Below are positions 1 to 12,600 of a stretch of 64,000 nt of DNA, in pieces. A program made the translations under genes and the position numbers. The notes below the pieces were generated by a model. It was not told where the DNA came from. It worked only from the letters and a program-made list of their open reading frames with translations, and made no database searches. Numbering within the stretch: position 1 is the stretch's first letter; every line of letters begins with the position of its first letter. This DNA is from Ophelia neglecta (Eukaryota): positions 96,100,001 through 96,164,000 of the forward strand of contig OZ260664.1 in NCBI GenBank assembly GCA_965285935.1, in the 5' to 3' direction.

Positions 1-701
1 TTAAAAACAAACAACTTGTTGATTGTTTTACTTTTTATCATTGGTATGTCATTATGATTTTGTATTAATTTACAAGCTTAAAACACCCCATTTGTTAACT
101 GGGTTCAGATCAAAGCCCGTTTGATCCGACATACAGGGCGGTCTTTTAGGGTTCATGTTAATCAACGATTCTGAACGGGGCGCCTTCTGTCCCCCGCCCC
201 TAACCTCGCTCCACAAAAACAAATTATATTCATCCTCTCCATTAATAATCAACCGACAGGAAAAAATTGAGTGAGGGTGACATTTTCCAATGGTTGAAGG
301 CAGCGGATGTGCCAGTGTAATGAGTGTTGAAGTTGGGATTATGAGGATTTTTAAGTTTCAAATGTAAATGTTGTTGTGTGGTATACGGCCAAGGTGAGAG
401 GTACAGGTTTTGGTCAACTCGAAGTCGGCGTGGGTTTATGATTTGTACCATATGCCCCACATTACTTTTTTCGGATTGGTCCATTAACTTCCATAAGAAA
501 AATGGATAAAGCATACATACCATGGTCGTTTTCATCCTTTTCTCCATCAATACAATTGTTTCTTACGACGGGGACCAGTAGATTAGTAACGGCTTTGTGA
601 TTCACTTGATACACTCGATGTCTAGTCCGAACTATTTCGACAAAAACACTATTTTAATTGAAATAACTGTCTCTCATTATTTCAAAATAACAAGGCTATT
701 A

Positions 702-3073
702 GGGAGCGTTCATTATTTATGGCCGGGGGGGGGGGGGTAAATTTGGGGGGGGGGGCAGTTTTTTTTCAACCCATTTCCATGGGGGGGACAGTTTTGTTTA
801 GTCTATTCACAGGGGGGGACACTTTTTTTTAACCTATTCACGGGGTGCGCAATTTTTTTTAACCCTTTTCACAGGGGAAGCGTTTTATCACGTATTTCTT
901 ATTGACACTTTTGTGTAGCTATTTTATAGAAATATATATTGTACAAAAGTGTGTAGTGAAACTGATCATACTTAGACAAATTCTAGAATTTATACAGTAC
1001 TGACACATGAATAGCAGGTAGATACAACTCTTTTGGCATGAAATGATACATCAAAGTCATGACTCCGATTTCAGAACAAGTCATAAGGTAGAGAATGATT
1101 TATTTCTTATTTATAAATGTGCAAATTGTTTATAAGCCATGCAATCCTATTTAATCCAGACATGGGGTATTCGTATTCAGTATTTGTATTCAAATGTATT
1201 CGAATACAAAAATGCTGTAATCGTATTCGTATTCGAATACATTCTGAAAAAAGCCAATATAAATTCGTATTCGAATACATTTCAAAATTAATGTATTCAT
1301 ATTCCTGAATACATTTGTGATTACAATGATAAATATTTACATATAACTTTCCCCTTAGAACCCTTTTCAAGAAAAACTTAATTAATTGAATTAACTGATC
1401 TTAAAATTTCACATCTTACAGATAGATGAGACTGCTTTGTTAGTTTGGTAGTTTTGAAAGTCCCATTGATCAGTGTGATGTTTGGATTGAGGTGAGACAA
1501 TGACTTACATTGTCTGACAATATGATATTTAGCAGACTAATCAAATTATCAGGTGAGACAATGGTTGATAGTATGAAATTAAATAGAATCATTTGTCTTA
1601 AGTCTAGGAATAAGGGAAGGAGAGTGTTGAAAGACAGATGCCTTGTCCCTGGTCGCGTTGACAAGATAAGTTATAAGCTTTACCAAGTGCTTCTGACTCC
1701 TTGGTCACAGGTTCAATTTCAATTAATACTCCTGAAATTGGTGCAAAGTGGAGAGCAGTGAATTGGACTTGAATGTTGATTTTCACACATACATATGGCA
1801 CTTTTGTACATCCTTAATACCAGTAGAGGTGTGGTGATTGGCTAAATTTGATGAGTGACCATGTTCTTGAAGGTGTATTTAGGGCTGAGCCATCTCATCA
1901 TAATCAGTGTTCAACCCCCAAGACGAACAGTTCACATTAGCTGAATTTTTAGTCCTCAGGTGAAACCATGGCAGTATCTGTTGTGGCTAACCACTTCAAA
2001 CATCCAGACAATACAACAGGAAGATACAAATATTTGTAAATATAAAATATACAAGATATCCAACAATCAGCGATTTGGGGAATTTTAGCAGGTTGCCCGG
2101 CGGGAAGTTAGTAACCAAAACTTTTGTGCCCGCAAGCAGCTTTGAGGTGCCCCGGGATGTCGGGCAATAGTTAGTGTAGACCCCTGACTAGCATTCTAAA
2201 AAATCATGAATCAGTAAAAATAAACATTGACAAACATAAAATGAGTCACTATAGTATCTGCTGTGCAACAGCCTGACACAAAAAAACAAAATATCACGCA
2301 ACACTGACCAAACATGTACACTAAAACAAACCTGTCCTAATACAAATAACAAAAGTTCTTAAACAGAAAGTTTAATGCACCAATACAGCACAAACAAAAC
2401 TTGAAAGAATAAAGCCGGCAATTGCACAGTGATACATATATCCAATTGAAATAAAATTCAAGTATAATAACTGGAATTACGAGGACGTTTGAATGAGGAT
2501 GTTTCATTGGGCCACCCCCTATGGGGCCAGTTGGTCAATGTATCTGCTGTCACACTAACTTTCTTATATGTGATAGATGTATTGACATGTCGTGCAATGA
2601 TACATAGTACAACTTTTACAAACAATCACATTTAAAACATACAAAAGTTTCGCTATATCATTTTGTGGGTAATGAACACATCTCAATATATTTCATATTA
2701 CAGCCTTTAATAGTCACTCAAAAAGAGTGATGACATGTTCTACTGAGGCTCACGTCGAAGCATCAGGAAAAGAACTTTTAGTGACTATTATATGAATTAT
2801 TATTGTAATATTCCGACAAACCCAGTGGTGAAAATGTATAGAATAAAAATGAATAATGTCATAAGCCTGATATCTGCCGCCTGTCTTTGATGGGGGGGGG
2901 GGCAATTTTTTTTCCACCTATTTCCAAGGGGGGGCGATTTTTTTCTACCTATTTCTGAGGGGGGGGGGCAATTTTTTTCCCACCTATTTCCAGGGGGGGG
3001 GGCAATTTTTTTTTGACGTACTCATTTCAAAAAATTTACCCCCACCCCCCGGCCATAAATAATGAACGCTCCC
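702..3073. mobile_element. Non-autonomous DNA transposon (2.37 kb) with ~40-bp TIRs and TTA target-site duplication; PIF/Harbinger- or Zator-like
   Basis: Left end GGGAGCGTTCATTATTTATGGCCGGGGGG..GGTAAATTT starts at 702. Its reverse complement (AAATTTACCCCCACCCCCCGGCCATAAATAATGAACGCTCCC) ends at 3073. TTA flanks both ends (699-701, 3074-3076). Subterminal G-run repeats at ~745-880 and ~2890-3015. No transposase ORF inside. Confidence 0.9.
1158..1320. repeat. GTATTC/GAATAC-rich repeat patch, probably a nested element fragment
   Basis: Many copies of gtattc and gaatac, with the palindrome gtattcgaatac recurring three times. The overlapping short ORFs 1107-1370 and 1117-1308 are by-products. Confidence 0.55.
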
Positions 3074-5590
3074 TTAGTACGATACGAAGTTCTTCTAGCT
3101 AAACACATCGAAAGCCTACAGTGCTAGAGTTTTTAATGAGGCAATATGGTAGAATAAACTGAATTCTAAAATGCCGACGATTTCAGCCAAATAAGATATT
3201 TTTAAATATTGCAAATTGATACAAATGGAGTCATTAGGTTGACATGTTGCTATTGGTTGCAAGCAGCGAAATATTTCTATTAGTCAATTTTGTTGACCGT
3301 TTATGAAACAAGGCAAGAAAAACACCCAGATTATAGCGGTCAACATTACAGTGCAACAAATCGTGTTCTTCATTGTCTCAATATAAGAATAAGAGCATTG
3401 TAATTTATCTTACCTATAGGACCCACCGACTGATCTGGCGCTGCATTGCCTGACAAAACAAGAGGCCTTAAGAAAGTCGTCGGAATATTTGAGCCAGCTA
3501 ATTGGCAATGTTCTATACACGTACGTACAAATGTATGTTATCATTTTATTTGATGATAGTGTTATCCCAATTAAACACATCTTGATACAAGAGATTCAAT
3601 TTATTTCGTGTATGCAGTGATAAGCCTATGAATTACATGCTAGTCTTTAAAGGAGGTCTTACCCTTGCGACCTACAAAGCGGAGGAGGGATACACATAAA
3701 TAAGTCTTGTATCCATTTCGCTCCCCCCCCCCCCCTACCTTTTTTCTACTATGTACTATGCACATTGTGGAAGCGACGTATATTGCCGAGCTATGCTCTT
3801 CGAACTTGTAAAGAGCAATTATTACTTAATTTAGCAAGGGTACGACTAAAAATTGATGCATTAAAACCTGCATACCTGCGAAAATACCATTGGCCATTTC
3901 CTTTTGGTCATGATTGTTGTCATTTTCTAGCAGAGTGACACGGTGATTGATGTGTCTGCTTCTTCCGGAGTCTATCTCCATGGGGTATCCAGTGCTATCC
4001 GATCAGCTATTGGTCATAATACAAAAAAGCAAATCACTATCTGTAACACGCGTAAGCACCCTATCGCGAAAGTTCGGATTATGAGTGCACTAAAAAAAGC
4101 AGTAATGAAACTTATTGATTTATTATTATTATTATTTATATTAACCTCCAACCACCACCTACATCAACGCATCCCCCTTTCTCGCATATGTCGAGAAATA
4201 TTCGATTAAATGGAATGAGCAAAGGTAATGACAAATATAACAACAAATAACGGGCCAATCAGACAACAGACGGTGATTAAATTTGATCCTACTTATAGGT
4301 TAGGCAAACCTGAACTACTTTGTTCTGTTCCCAAGATCTCCCTCCCTCAGATAGCTAAGGGTTGCTGCCTATTCAAGCTAAAAACTAGAATCACGGTATT
4401 CTGTCATTATTGTCCATATACAGCGAACTAAACATTTCAATAGGAGGGGTAACGAGGGCGGTGGGGTGGTGTGCGCTATGATCCCAGAAAGTGCCTTGGA
4501 AGACTTTGTGGACAGGGATTCCAATACTTTTTACTGGAATGTTCCTATTATTCATTATACAGTTGTAATCGAAATACATTAACGCAAGTACTTAAATTTC
4601 AACTTTATTGTGACCAATAGGACATACTGTTAAGGATTCTTCAAACTAATATGGCACGGGGATGTCCAAGATATTACACGCACTAACTGAGTTTTCTATG
4701 ACAAAATGCAGACTGTTGTACCTTCAGTGGAATACACAATCTTATACCGATGGACCGATCAACAACAAAAGAAATTAAGAGGGTGTACTTGCTTTTAAGC
4801 CCCTTGACTCAGGGCATACGTCTGGGTGCTGTGTCGTCAATGACTTACAGGTAAACATCAGTGGACGATCCGATCTGTCTAAGCCGAGAAATTCATGTTT
4901 ACGTATCTAAGAAGCGCAACCACGCAATATTAACCAACCATTGAACCCATGACACTGTGGGAGCTAGCAATGTTCTAAAGGGAATCCCGCTATCATGGTA
5001 TGGACATGGGAGGAATCTCGTTGCCGAGAGGGCATGGGACAACCCCAGATCCCCTCCTAGATCCGCCAGTGCGCCACACACCACGAGCTCGTCAGGATAA
5101 GCATTCAACTATGGCTGCCATATTATTAGGACGTTAATAATTATGGCATTTATGTGCGATCGATGATCCGGTGTTGATTTGTTCAGAAATCACTTGAGCA
5201 ATTATAGGATTCTCTTTGAAACTTAACAAGTCAACATGTATCGTACTAGTTTAATTCAATGCAGTCGTAAGGTGTGACAACTGCCAATTCTTAACGCCCT
5301 TGACGTTTTTTTCTGTATTTTATTCCCGGACCCGCACTGTACGAACATGGTATTGATTTGAGCCAAATTGATTCCCATTATGGAAATAAAACTCTAATTA
5401 TTTAGTGTTGTTAGTATAGCGAAGTTTGTTGGCTTAACATGAGTTATTACCTTGTCATATATTTACATGATTAGTGGGAACGGTAATATATGTTATCTTC
5501 CTAAACTAGTTTGATATTACAATTATAAAAATGACTTGTCTTGGCGATCGCGAAGGCAATGTAAAGATCCTCGGATTATTAAAAGACTCA

Positions 5591-5800
5591 CTGAGACGAC
5601 CTGCGGCGGCAAGCGATGCTCTTAGATAACTTGCGTTGCCCAGGAACAGGAAGAGACGTCCAAAGACATTTTGCGATGCCCAGAAACTGTAAGAGACGTC
5701 CCGAGACTACCTATGATGTCCAAGAACAGTAAGCGACCCTTCTAGGAACTCTGTGATGCACACAAAGGACCAGACAGGCTCATCAGAGATAACCAGTGAT
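5591..5800. repeat. Degenerate 40-bp minisatellite (~4-5 copies)
   Basis: Related units start at 5631, 5671, 5711 and 5751 (ttgcgttgcccaggaac / ttgcgatgcccagaaac / ctatgatgtccaagaac / ctgtgatgcacacaaag). Confidence 0.75.
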
Positions 5801-7116
5801 GAACAACTGAGAAGATGAGCCACGAACTTGAAAAAAATATTGACTACTTTTCACTGCAAGTAATCATATTTTATGTTTTTATTCCATTCACACTTGGCAA
5901 CAAGCTTAGTTATTTTTGTATAATAACCGGATTGGATACCTGGACCGCACAGCAAAATCATAAATCATGAATTGTCCGTTAAATCGGACCTAAATCATCA
6001 GAAACCATCAGGAGCAGGTCAACAAAAATCAATCTTCAGCTCACAACAATAAATAACATTGAAATGAAATTTATAATAAAACAAACAAAAATGATAAAGT
6101 TATGAAACAGGGGATGAATGCTAAGTGGGAATTAGGTTGATGTCTTCTCTGAACGTAGAAGCATTTTTTAGCGTCATATAAAGTTTATTGGATTAATGTG
6201 TATACAGGCTACTCATATGGGTTTTTATTTGGAAAACAGTCCGACAAATTCAAATTCATTGCACACACTATACAGCTCTATAGAAGATCATTTTAGTTAT
6301 ACAATACCTCAAATTGATTTTTATACACTCGTGTTTCTTGTACCTAAATTTAAGTCCATATAAATTGATCGGAGAATAATTGCACATATAAGAATATATC
6401 CATCTGCATTGTACTGACAGCTATGAAATCTTTCGAACAACTATTATCTAGTTGTAATTAGCACATTTCAGGAAAGTAACATCGAAGAAAGACTATCATA
6501 TGTCTAAATCAGATTAACAGCCACCAACGACCAATGGCGCGGACAAGCTTTGGATATCCAGTCGTATAATGTTGGCGGACAGACACGGTTGGTAGATTTG
6601 GTGGCTCTCATGCAAAACTCCAACCTTCATCAATTTAAAGATGTAGCTAGGTTATTTAAGTAAGTCATATCAACATTGTAGCAAATCGCAAACATTAAAT
6701 GTGCCAAATTATAAGAATAGCTTAAGCCGTCCAATTTTCCTGTTGCCAACATACTGGGATTTACAGTACTGGTTTGTGTGATCAAACACATGTTTAGAAA
6801 CAAAATACCAGAAATAACGCTAGAATACATATGTCGCAAATTTCCCTTGAATCCTTGCCATAGTGTATCTCCTGTCAAGCTTCGTCGTGCATGGCCAGCA
6901 GACTTACCTCGGTATGAGGGAGAGGATTTTTGATAGCTGACCAGCGTGATCGCCACCTTTAGCAGCAAGGGCTTGTACACAAAACTAAATAGGATACAAG
7001 CTCTAGGAGGACTGCTTCTTTCTTTATAAACTCCATTCGTAGGGAGTTAACCATCATAGGAGGGCCGGACAGAAGTTATAGTCGTGTCCGTGAACATCTA
7101 GGAGGAAAATTTCGCA

Positions 7117-7235
7117 AAGAGCACATGGTAATTCCACCATTCCACCAAGACACAAAGGGCACAAGGCAGGAGCACATGGTAGTATCATCTTCACACAGGA
7201 CACAGGGGGCACAGGACAGGATTCACATGGCAACT
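7117..7235. repeat. ~50-bp tandem repeat, about 2.5 copies
   Basis: gagcacatggta...gacacaaagggcacaaggcag recurs as gagcacatggta...gacacagggggcacaggacag, followed by cacatggc. Confidence 0.65.
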
Positions 7236-8187
7236 AATGGGAACTGTGGCATGACAACTGCACTTAGGTGACTATCCTATACTATTTAGTGGCGTACCAT
7301 AATATATTTGTATCCTCTTATAGGTTGTTCGTGTACATATTTATGCAAATGTTTTATATCAATTAAAGTCAGTATATAGAAACTATTTGGTTGTATCGTG
7401 GAAACTATATTACGTGAATGCGGTCGGGTCCACCCCCTAGACAAACGTGACAACATAAGCCGCAACAACCAAAACTACTTGCAACCATGTCTACCTCGTT
7501 ACAAATCAATATACATTTAGTCGGATATACCAGCATTGTATTATCATTGTGGACAACAACTAAACCAAAATTAAGTTAGTACACATCGTTTGAAAATATC
7601 ATTAGTGATATTTATAACGGCCTGCAAAAATGCCGTGGTTTGTGCACTGGGTGGGGTTGCAGGATGTTTGGGGTAGCTTCAAGTGTTTCGTCTTTTGCTC
7701 TTCATAAAGACTGCAAATTACATAGAGAGTAACAGAAAAATTACTGCCATATCCAAGAGAGAAATAAATAAAAAACACCCCCACCCCCTCATCTCCCTAC
7801 TCACCATCGCAATAAAATTAAATTCCCCTTGCGAATAATAATAAATAACGCTGGGATTGCAAGGTTTACTCCCCAGCTCCACCGACGCAGAAAGCTCTGT
7901 CGGACATGATGCAGTATACTTCACAAAAATTTTACACCTAAGAATACTTCTGTGAATAAAAAGGTGACTGGTATTTTAACTGACTTGCTGTGGATCTCCA
8001 ATTACTATTATAAGCGTTATCTAAAGTAAGCTATATATGAGATAAAATATGATGAACATACACAAAAATGTAAATTAAAATTATTTGAGTAATATGTAAC
8101 CTAATCAGTTAATATCAACGATTCACAACATAAATAACATAACTAAAATAAATCATCAACCGCTGGCCCTGTAAACACCAACCCCAT

Positions 8188-8325
8188 GGCCTGGTTTCTG
8201 GAAGCTGTCTTAATTTTTAGTCAGATTACAATCAGCTCCACTCTACTAAATCGGTCTTAGATCGGTACCGGGGTTTCTGGAAGCTGGAATTTTTCCTTTA
8301 AACAAGCCACTTTGGTCTTTAACAT
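8188..8325 (-). mobile_element. Partial copy of the Harbinger-type MITE family also seen at 15316 and 58387
   Basis: GGCCTGGTTTCTGGAAGCTGTCTTAA...AATCGGTCTT...CGGGGTTTCTGGAAGCTGGA...AAGCCACTTTGGTCTT aligns by eye to the reverse complement of the right half of 58387-58623. Confidence 0.75.
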
Positions 8326-9621
8326 ATCATATATATTATATACATTAAAACAAAACACTTAATAGAAATTTATGCCCAGCGTAGAATTGGCATAAGACGT
8401 GTTTGCATAGATATGCCGACTGCTTACAGCGATATACGACAGATAAATTAGTACCAATTATCCTAACCTAACACCTATATGCTATATTTAAGAAGTATTT
8501 TGCCACTTATGAGTCTAATATTTACCTACGAACCAAATCTGTATTGATACCCCACTGACAATCCAAAGCCAGAAGTCAATAGTAGTCCATTAACGGTGTT
8601 ATATGTCAGCAGGATCCATACAGTCGACATAGATATAGTCACAATACAAAATATACATGTTCATATATATATATATATATATGTCGATAATGCAAACAGC
8701 GAAGTTCAAATGGCTTTAGATAGTTCATTTAGCACACTTTAATAGTGCGTATTAACCAATTTACCACACATCACAGTGAAATTATGCAAAATGCGAAATG
8801 ATACTGTCAAATATTATTTGAAGGTAAATGACGTTAAAAGCGAACTTATAACAATTTTTGGCATCCAGTGAATTAGTGTGAATAAGTTTATTTTAGGCTC
8901 AGGAAAGTTAGTCACGAAAGTATCACACATTTGGTAAATCAGTTTTAATTCATACATTATGCCTTTACTAATATTGCTGAAATTATTACAATTCACATTT
9001 TAAGAACAGTTAATTGACACTGTTGGACAAAAAGATAAGAAATGTCTAAAACCGGGGACATAACGGAAATTGATCACCGGCATACAATGCAAAATCACTG
9101 ATAAAGAATTATCCACTAATTTGATTTGAATTATTCAGGAACCGTCACTTGTTCCTGACAAATTGATTACGAGTTCGCACGCACTTTATTGTAACCTTGT
9201 AAAATATTGTTATTTAACATGTCAAACTCACTTTTCTATCACATATCAATACAAGTAATACAATAAAGCTTGTGCAGTTTTTGGTTCACTGTTCCTCTGC
9301 CTTTAGGCGCCAACTACATATGAGTCTAGGAAAGCAGGTACCAATTACAGTGCTGCAATGCTAGTTTAAATATAGAAATATACAATTTAAAACGAAAATC
9401 AAATGCATTGTATTTGGTGTAATCGCATATAATTTAATTACAATAGTTTCTTTCTATAGGTTACAATGAAAATAACATCACATCACTTAGCTAAGTATAG
9501 ACAATTTTTATATTGATATAATATATGGTCATTTCAATATACATTGATCGATTCGACTGAAATGATAATATTTGTAAACTATCGGTGGTTCATGTTATTC
9601 GCTACAAGTAGAACATCATTT

Positions 9622-12600
9622 CTAAAATACCACACCGATGAAGGACCCAAGTAGTATGAGAAATACGAACAGGAAGATTCTGTCCAAAACCTTTCCAAGT
9701 CTAATCCAGAGCATTTTTGAATCAGGAACATCGTCAATGTCTGATATTTGGTTTCGCTTAGCACAAACGCAAAGAATCCATGTAAGGCTTCTGAGCAATG
9801 CCTGCAGACATCTTGGCATCGTTTGTCTTTCGGTCCCTCGGTTGTGCACGTTTAGTACTAGTACGGTACACAACGTCGATGTCATCAGCATCGCACTCAA
9901 GTATCCAAAGAATAATGCTGAAGTCAAATGAAATCCTTTCTTTGAAAGAACAACAAAATGATTATGTATAGATACGGCCTCGTTTAACGATATACCCGCC
10001 AGACAAAGCAAAGTCATTGATCCGGAAGCAGAACAGCCAACAGGAATTTAACCCAATATAATATAATGCAGTTAATTTAGGTCACAAGGGAATCGTCATT
10101 GTTTTCAATGACCGGTAGATAGGAGATCATATGACATCACCTTTCTTTGAAGTAGTATTGTAAAATCATTGATCAACGAACAAATAAAACCATGCGCTAA
10201 CTGGAGTACAGTCTTTATTCGATAACAGAGTTGGGGAGGCGGTTTTTTGAAGAAAAAAAATTATAGCTATACAAATATAACACTTAACATTCTCTGTACA
10301 AAACAATTGTGTGGCCAATTGCGCTTGAAATTAGATAAAATAAATGAAAAAACTAAGATGTTAGATGAGTTTAACTTGATATCAAAAATAAAAAGCATTT
10401 GATTTCAAACGTAAATTTGCATAATAACACACAACAATATTATAAAATGCTAAGGCTCAAATGTATGCAACGGTGTAGAAAATTCAGGTTAAAGAAAAAA
10501 CTAAATGTAATTATGTGTACGAAAATGAAGGGATTTGAGGAACATGTCTTGTAGTGGTCCACAGCCAAAATCATATATATATAATGAATAGATACTTATA
10601 TACGTGTAAAGAAAAAAACGACACAGAAAAAAAATATTAATTTCAACCAATTTTGTATAGTCTAAAGAGGAAACAAATTCTCCATCAACAGAAAAAGTAG
10701 TCAGCATTTAAACATTTATAAGAATATATTATGATATTTCAGTTATAATATATGCGGAGAGGTGGTGGCGTGGTTATTAGTACCAAATTAATATTTGATA
10801 TTTCTATTATTTGAAATATCAATTTTCAGCAATAATCTATGCACATTAAGGAGTGTGCTGTGTGGTGGTATACTTACATATACTGGGTATCGCATCCGAC
10901 TGTACGGGAAGTATATCTTTTACCAATAGCTGGAACACGGTGGTTGCCAATAGTACGGTGATGGAAAGCGATGTTTTTTCCCCACTTTCAGGTGGTAGGC
11001 AAAACACAGCAACTCCCAAAATTGACAGCATCAACGTTGGTCCAATGACGTTCCAGTAATAGTACAATGGCTTTCTTTTCATATGAATCTTAAATACGAG
11101 CAGAGTCCAATATATATTTTCGTTCGCATTAATGGTATACTTGTGCACTTCTGACCTAGTCAATTTCCATTCCCCGTGACCTTGGGTGTATGACATATGA
11201 AATAAATCACCCGAAACAGGATGAAGTTCCATTTCCTCAATGCGGTATAACCAAGAGGTTATATTCAAGTCGCATATCTGGTCATCGTTTGGAAATCTAC
11301 GCATGTCCAATTGGCATGAAAGTGACATTATCGCTGGGCCTTCCCATGATGCTCTTCCTAGATGGTTTATTTTAATCATCACATTATTCAGGTAGGAAAT
11401 GACAGGTTTGTCGGACAAACTGAAGTCAAAGAGAAGAGTTAAATGCAGTATAATACCTCCTAATGTGTTGTTGGATAAACAGTTTATTTATTGTATGTCA
11501 ATTGATAATCTCAAACACGGGGGAATGAATTTTTTTACATATTGAACTTAAAGTTTTTAGATAGATTTATTCGCTCGTGGCCTCTTTGAGACATGGAGCA
11601 CAAGCAATTTCATAAACGTACATAAAAATAGAAACATGAAAATACAGCCTCATGAACGATGAAGTACAAGAATCTTCTTAATGAATAATGTTAACGAGCG
11701 GAAGATATTAGTGTTACTGATCAGCTGTGTGAATTTCAACATGCTTGGTCTACTGCGGTAATATAATGGGAGCATTTGTCTGCGAAGTAGAACAACTCTT
11801 TCGTCAGTGCATTCTAACAATGCATGAAATTCGCCACCTAGCTTGTTACAACTACATAGAGTACAATAACGTTCCAATCGTGGTACACCAACATATCTAC
11901 CAGTTTCTATAGGTAACACATGGTTACTCGTTCTGAACCGACAAAACTCAATAGCTAGTTTGTGCGGGAGACAATCCAGGTAAGCTTCAGGTTCAAAAGT
12001 ATTTTTAAATGATGCGTAGGTTGTGCACAGTGATCGGTTTGCGATGTCTTCAGACCACATTTGAATATACTGATCTTGTAATTTTCTGTTGACATGTAGC
12101 TTAACCCAAGTGGGATTTAGGCCAGCGGCCTGAGACATAAACATGTTAGAGCAACCACAGTTGTCAAGAATAGACTTAATTTGATATAACCACGGCGAGG
12201 TGTACATTCCTTTCTGGTGCATTTCATAAATATATCTATACAATGTGTAACTAAGTTTACATTCTTTACCGCTTACAAGCCTGGCCCAGAAACCAATCAT
12301 TTTCGTTTTAATATTTACCTCAAGTGGATAACGGCCGCACTCACCATACACCATTGAGGAACACGTGGACGATTTTAAACCAAGGACATATTTACAGTAT
12401 TTGAGGTGAAGCCTCTCCACAACCGTATTGTCAGCATATCCCCATACTTCACATCCGTAATTCAATATAGGCAAAATCATGGTGTCAAATAAGTCCAGAC
12501 GGAGCTTAATTGGTAGATTTAAGATGTTACATCTACTATTTAGAATACAAAGTATACACACTTGTTTTCAATTATGAAATTTGGGGTCCAAATTTCGCTG

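Noticed and set aside
70-550. Two short minus-strand ORFs at the window start
   Set aside because: No recognisable domain or splice-consistent gene model.
5591-5800. Regularly spaced repeats considered as a CRISPR array (also 18268-18442 and 39475-39805)
   Set aside because: Units are degenerate along their whole length, with no unique spacers or cas genes, in a eukaryotic context; these are minisatellites.
4440-7900. Possible DIRS/Ngaro tyrosine-recombinase retroelement remnant (fragments HVYVS, VDLFRNHLSNY..GFSL, SIRR)
   Set aside because: The motifs are too short and scattered across frames to support without a profile search.
9638-9931. Antisense ORFs overlapping channel and PTP exons (also 10853-11059, 21578-21826, 22261-22479, 35278-35610, 45038-45277)
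   Set aside because: They are shadows of real coding exons on the opposite strand and show no recognisable motifs.
11650-12561. 303-aa ORF as an independent gene or an in-frame fusion to channel exon 4
   Set aside because: It is a truncated LINE ORF2. Its GTG start is the splice donor and it is out of frame with exon 4.
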